A model generated the notes under the pieces. The model was not told where the DNA came from, ran no database searches, and worked only from the letters and a program-made list of their open reading frames with translations. A DNA stretch of 64,000 nucleotides, from the NCBI RefSeq assembly GCF_009914755.1, contig NC_060935.1; one strand, 5' to 3'. Shown piece after piece: positions 57,667-64,000 of the stretch. The DNA is from the human T2T-CHM13v2.0 reference genome, Homo sapiens. A program made the position numbers and the translations under genes. The stretch's first letter is position 1; every line of letters starts with the position of its first letter.

Positions 57667-57990
57667 ATTTATTTTTATTTATTTATTTATTTATTTTTAT
57701 TTTGAGACATGGTCTCACTCAATCACCCAGGCAGGAGTACAGTGGCACAATCATGGCTCACTGCAGCCTCGACTTCCTAGGTTGAGGTGATCCTCCCACC
57801 TCAGTTTCCCGGCTACCTGGGACTACAGGCACTTGCCACTACGCCTGGCTAATTTTTTTTTTTTTTTTTTTTTTTTTAGAGACGGGGTTTTCCAAGTTGC
57901 CTAGGCTGGTCTCAAACTCCTGGGTTCAAGCCATCTGCCCAGCTTGCCCTCCCAAAGTGTGATTAGAAATGTGACCGACTACATCTGGCC
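57667..57990 (-). mobile_element. AluJ
   Basis: TSD tttagtgtaattt at 57654-57666 and 57991-58003. Confidence 0.88.
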
Positions 57991-59891
57991 TTTAGTGTAA
58001 TTTTGGAGAGAACAATGTAAAAATGTTTGTTCAACCTACTGTCTATTCCTGGAGATTTATATTTTCATATTTAATGGCAAATGAGAGGTTTAAGTTCATA
58101 ACTACCAAATTATCAAAGTTTTACTTTGCCAATCTTCTCCTTGCATTTATTTTATAAAAGGTATTTGAGATTGAAGATTATTTCTATTTCTTCTAGCTTG
58201 TTTTTTAATTATTTGAGTGTTTACATTTAACTCAATTATCTGTTATTCAAGGATATAATTTGAGCTACATATCCAAACAGTTTTTTTCCAAATATAAAAC
58301 TATTTTTCTTAACATTTATTTGTTTCAGACTCATTGATTTGTGGTTTCCACTATACTATTTATATTCTAATATATACTTGTCTGATTTGCCCAAAAGTTC
58401 AGTATATCTCTTCTCCCATGCTGTATTAATTAACAGCAGCTTTCTAATTCCCTGCATATTTTTATAATGCTTATCTATTTATTCTTCTAGTTTTAAAGAT
58501 GGATTTTCAGTAGGTTTGTCAAGTTCACCCTCTTCTCCCCAAATCTCATTAGAATCTTGATTAGAATTTGTGGAAAGCGTAAGTACTATTCATTAAATAG
58601 TTTCTTTTTCTTCCTTTTTGTGAAGTGGCAAATGGCTAAAAATCTTACTCTCTATGGTATGTGAGTGGAAGTTGTATGAATCTCACTTCCTTTTCTTACC
58701 ACTGCTCTAGTGATCGCCTAAGTTTCTAAGTGACAACAATGAGCAAAGCCTCCCTGTTGATTAATTCCATTGTTGTTTAATTCCCCAGCATAATGTTGCC
58801 TATCCATAAATAGAGAATTATGTTAAGGATATAAGCCAGTTTGGAAGATCTAGGACTATCTGTGACATAAGTGCTATAGGATTCATTCCTTCATGCAAAG
58901 AAGGGCAGGAGCTAATTACTGTATTATTAAATGTATTCCAGTTGACTCTCTGGGCCGGTTCCACGTAAATATCCTTTGTTCAATTGATGCTCTGTCACCA
59001 AATTAGCCTTGAAATTCCTTGTCCAAATAGGGTTCCCAAGATGGTTATGTATTCATCCCTGTCTTTGCATAAATTCTATGAGGAAGCCTTCCATTTCAGG
59101 GTTTATCTCTCCTGCCCTTCCCTCCTGATCTGCACCCCCTAGCCATTTGAGATTTGGGACCTTAGAAAGAAGTCCCTGTAAAGATGTTGCCAAGAAAGAC
59201 CTTAGGCTCACCCTCGGCCTGAGGTCTTAGCTCCCTGTGGTTGTCATAGAAATCACAATGAATCACAAAAGCATCAGTTTGTACATTTGAGGGCTGATCC
59301 TGCCTATGCAAGGGTCAAAGCAGCTGCTTTTTCTTTTTTTTAAAACTTTGCCCACCCAGACCCTTGGGGATCCACTGAGGCAGAGGTAAGTATGTTCCTT
59401 GGATATAAGAAAAAGTGGAACGGATATTTGCCTGTCCTTCTGGTGATCAATGCAATGCTTTATAAAACATAATTTCCTCTTTCTTCTGGGCCTATAGCTA
59501 GACTGTATTTCCCAGCTTTTCCTGCAGCTTAAGTGCCTTGGAATGTGGGTGAAAGTGATGTATGATAGTTTCAGATCTAGCCTTCAAAATCTCTCTCACT
59601 CAGTGCTCATTTCTAGTCATGTCCAATAGAGGTTTGCAAGCCACTAGGAAGGGGTGAAGCCACTGGCTAGAAGGAGCCTGGGTGTTTCTTGCTAACTCAC
59701 TGGACTGTGTCAGTGATAAAGAAACCACTATTATATTAAGATGCTAATCTTTATAGTTACATGTTTTAACAATTTATCTTGATAAAAATAATTCTAAACA
59801 AAATTATGTATTTTATATAGTAAATACTTTGGGGATGGGGTGAGAGTGGTGGTAGAGGAGAGTATGGTTTGTGCTTATCCAATATTAATTG

Positions 59892-61187
59892 CAGTCGTGT
59901 ATCACTTAATGATGGGGATATATTCTGAGAAATGTGTCCTTATGTGATTTCATCACTGTGTGATTATCACAGAGTGTACTCACACAAACCTAGATGGTAT
60001 AGACTACTATACACCTAGGCCTTATTCCTAGGCTATGAACCTGTACAGCATGTGATTACTGAATACTGTAGGCAGCTGTAACACAATGGTAAGTGTTTTG
60101 TATCTAAACACAGAAGAGGCATAGTAAAAATCCAATATAAAAGATACGAATGGGACACTTGCATAGGGGACTTAACATGAATGGAACTTGCAGGACTGGA
60201 AGTTGCTCTCCGTGAGTCAGCGAGTGAGTGGTGACAGAATGTGAAGGCCTAGGACATTACTATACACTACGATAGCCTTTATAAACACTGTACACTTAGG
60301 CTACACTACATTTATAAAAATATTTTTATTTCTTTTATAATAAATTAGCTTTACCTTACCGTAACTTTTTTACTTTATAAACTCTAGTTTTTTAACTTTT
60401 TGACTCTTTTGTAATAACATTTAGTTAAAAACAAAAACACAAGGTACAGTTCTCTTTCTTTCTTTTTTTAGAGACAAGTTCTCACATGTTGCTTAGGCTG
60501 GACTTAAAACTCCTGGGCTCAAGTGATCCTCTCACCTCAGCCTCCCAAGTAGTGGGGACTACAGGCACATGCCACCGTGCCTGGCTTTCTTTCTCTATAT
60601 CTTTATTCTATAAACTTTATCTATTTTTAAATATTTTCTTTTTTGCTTAAACTTTTTTTAAAAAAACTAATACCCAAAACACACATTAGCCTAGACCTAC
60701 ACAGAGTCAGAATCATCAATATCACTGTCATCCACCCCAACATCTTATCTCACTGGAAGGTCTTCAGGGGGCAGTAACACACACGGAGTTGTCATCTCCC
60801 AGGGTGACGTATGCCCTTTTCTGGAATCCCTCTGACAGACCTGCCTGAGGCTGTTTTGCGGTTAACTTAAAAAAAGTAGAAGTAGTGACTCTCAATAGAA
60901 AAGTATACTACAGTAAATACATAAACCAGTAAGAGTTTTTTATTATCTTTACCAAGTACTATGTACTGTACATAATTGTATGTGCTATACTTTATATGAC
61001 TGGCAGCACAGTAGGTTTGTTTACATTAGTATCACCACGAACATGTGATTAGTGCATTGTGCTATGATGTTATGGTGGCTATAACAGGACTAGGCGATGA
61101 TAATTTTTCAGCTCCACTATCATCTTAGGGAACCATTGTATATGTGGTCTGTTGTTGACCAAAATATTATTATGTGGCACATGACTG
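59892..61187 (+). mobile_element. Tigger3b-like DNA transposon with FLAM monomer (60452-60584)
   Basis: Terminal inverted repeats cagtcgtgt... / ...cacatgactg, followed by TA. Confidence 0.85.
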
Positions 61188-61469
61188 TAGTTTATATTAC
61201 TGAATTAGGTGAATATGAAAGAGTAATTAAATCATTTTATCTAAAATAAAAAGAAATTGATGAGGCTATTTTAGTATTATATGGTAGGTAAAAGATGAAA
61301 AAATCCAGTAATTTTATTAATGTCTATAACAATATATTGGGTATTTCTTCTTTATACTTATAATCCAAGACGTCTACCTCATACATAACTATATAATCAT
61401 ATTGTTTGCAACTTTTCTAATGAATTAAGAAACTAGATATCTTGCATTAAGTTACTTGAACTCACTCAC

Positions 61470-61600
61470 TTGTATTAAGAAGTAACAATACTTTCATACA
61501 GAGGAACTCTTCTTGGCTAACTTGAAGCTTGACAAACTCCTGTGGGATCTGCCACATGGTAAGGCATAATGAATAGAATGATGATTCTTTCATCCGCTGT
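61470..61600 (-). CDS. PGR: PGR exon 6 (131 bp)
   Basis: (E)[43 protein letters not shown]; acceptor gatgcaag|A, donor ACAA|gtgagt; phases fit exons 5 and 7. Confidence 0.97.
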
Positions 61601-62964
61601 CTTGCATCACACACAATACACAAAAGAAAAAGCAACAGGAAAAAAAATAGTGTCTCAGCCAGTTTAGGTAATTTATCAGGGAATATGGTTTTGGTAATTA
61701 CCTTACATATTATTGAAAATGACTACTACTTTTAATAAACAAACCCAATATTTGGAATTTTAAACATCTTCTAAACTTTTCACAATACTGAATTTTTGAG
61801 GTTAAGAAATCTTAAAACTAGAAAATTATATTAAATACACAGTGACCAAGATTAACATTGTTTCTCACTTTTATTATCACACTTTAAATACCTAAACCAA
61901 GAAAACACAGCAGAGGTGTAGGAGTTGAGAATGTGAAGCTGAAGAATGCTCAGAAATGTTTTATTTACTTACAATTTATTTTCTATGAAAAATTATATAA
62001 TTTTGTGTGCAATTAAATAGGAGAAGTCAGTTCACAAAGCTTACCATATTTTAAACTTTTCTAGGGAAATATACAATGATACAGAAAAGAGTAAAAGAGG
62101 ACATTGGCAAGCATTAATTAATTGACAAAGTTAAACACAAGTGCTGAAGGCTGAGAAAATTTAATTAAGGCATTTTCCCAACCTTGTGTTGTTTTATAAT
62201 GTCCACATTAGTCAAATGAAGCTAACAAGAATAATGAAAACTAGATTTTGGCTAAAAAGAGATAAGGAATCTCACTGTCATTCAAATTATTTGGCAGATT
62301 ATATAATTCTCCTGAGACTCAGTTTTCTAAACTGTACAATGAAGAATGCTGATTCCTTACTTATCTCAAGGAATTGTTGGATAAAATGTAATGAAACATG
62401 AAAATTATCTAAAAACTGTAAAGACTTATATAAGTGTGAGTTATATACTTCTAAGTCAGCATTTACCACTAGAACAATATAAATATTACCATGAAAAGAT
62501 TCTTATTCAGTTAAAGGTTGTAGGTAGAAAATTAATTAAAATTATTTAAATATAAAGCAAATTGAAATATTTATCTTTCAATTTTTTAAATAAATTAGCA
62601 GTCTAATTTGTCATGTATGAAGAAAGATGTTTTTACTTTTTGAATGTAAGTCAGTAACAAAAATATTTCTCATTTATTATTGTCATTAGTACCAAGCTAT
62701 GAAATTTTAAATTGATTAATGAAACATTTAAGTTTATCTTTAAATATATTTCTTGATACATTCTTGATGTGTAAGAAAATTGGATTTGATATAACTATAT
62801 TTTGAAACAAGAGGAAAAAGCTCCAAATATAAAATTACCGTAAAATGACAGTAATGTCATCATATCAAGAACACTAAATATGTGATCATCTATTGAAATA
62901 TAACTTTCAAAATTATCCTACATGTACACTTAAAATAACAAAAACAACAAAAGTTACTACTTAC

Positions 62965-63109
62965 TCATTTAGTATTAGATCAGGTGCAAAATACAGCATC
63001 TGCCCACTGACGTGTTTGTAGGATCTCCATCCTAGACCAAACACCATTAAGCTCATCCAAGAATACTGAATGAGAGTTATCTGGTCATCAATATGTAAGT
63101 TTCGAAAAC
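62965..63109 (-). CDS. PGR: PGR exon 5 (145 bp)
   Basis: (G)[47 protein letters not shown]; includes W755, M759, R766; acceptor tttgtag|GT, donor TGA|gtaagt. Confidence 0.98.
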
Positions 63110-63810
63110 CTACAAAACAAATTTAAAAATACAGTGACCATAAAAATGACTGAATTATCTCAAAAATGTTGAAAATACATATAAATCTGAAAATAGGTAT
63201 GCGTAGGGTAATATAATGTTTTCAATCCCAACATATTTTACACTGAAAATCAGAAAACATTAATAAATAATACAGCCTAAAATATCAGCAACTTTGGAAG
63301 TCACTTGAAATTAGTCACTGTGATTTAGCATTTCTGGGATTTTGCTAAGTGAATCCATCATCCATCACTCATTCATGCAACACCCATTTAATAAGAACCA
63401 TTTGGGTGCCAGGCACTGTATAAAAATGAAGATGAGTAAGAGTCAATCCTAGCCTCAAAAGCAGCTCACAACTCAACAGGAGAAACAAGCACATGAGTGC
63501 TGGGGTAGAGAAGGTTAAAAGGGAGTGTATCAGTCAATCGGGAGGGAGGTCAGGAAAAACTTTCTAGAAAAAAAGAGAGATAATGCCTGAATGGAATATA
63601 ATCAGTTCGTTAAATCTCAGTTCTTTGGGATTTAAACATAAACTGGTCTTACTTTGTAAAACCACTGCTTTCAGTTGTGTTATATCTAATTTTCTTTTAA
63701 CAACCCTTAACTATGTCGGGTAGATTCCACAGTCATCAGGTCACTTTCGTTCTCTGAAACTTAATCCAGTCTTGTTTTAAACTTCCGTGTGGCTTAAGAG
63801 ATTTAGAATC

Positions 63811-63837
63811 TGTGTGTGTGTGTGTGTGTGTGTGTGT
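63811..63837. repeat. (TG)n microsatellite in PGR intron 4
   Basis: Direct reading. Confidence 0.95.
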
Positions 63838-64000
63838 ATTGGGGGGTATGGTGTGAATGCTTTGGTCTTTCATCCTCTTTTAGGCTGTTCCATGGTGTTG
63901 GTGGCAGAAGGATGGCAGGGAAAGGGCAAATGAATCTTGACTTAATCATCAGAAGTCTCTCCATGTCTTCCCAATTCTCAAGGGAAGATCACCAGTTCAA

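Overview
Human (primate) genomic DNA, recognisable as the ARHGAP42-PGR interval (11q22). The left end holds the last coding exon of ARHGAP42/GRAF3 (+ strand, SH3 C-terminus). Its ~5.1-kb 3'UTR contains the 129-aa ORF once named TMEM133. The right end holds PGR (progesterone receptor) exons 5-8 (- strand, ligand-binding domain) and a ~9.5-kb 3'UTR ending near 41.18 kb, so the two genes are tail-to-tail. The allele is non-PROGINS: no Alu in intron 7 and His770 is CAC. The ~35-kb intergenic region is rich in Alu, L1, MIR/L2, MLT1, MER41B, MER21, MER66-like and DNA-transposon relics. The most unexpected signal is a chain of about 17 exon-like segments on the + strand (8178-28328). They are phase-compatible, bounded by splice sites, and join without frameshift into ~630 codons with scattered stops, and one is split by an Alu with a TSD. 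This suggests a decayed multi-exon gene (unitary pseudogene) that I cannot name. Other notable items are an inverted ~280-bp templated insertion inside an MLT1 LTR, a ~245-bp AT-rich fold-back palindrome, three near-consensus EREs, and a MER41B solo LTR with intact tandem STAT (GAS) sites. Repeat subfamily names and boundaries are by eye and approximate.
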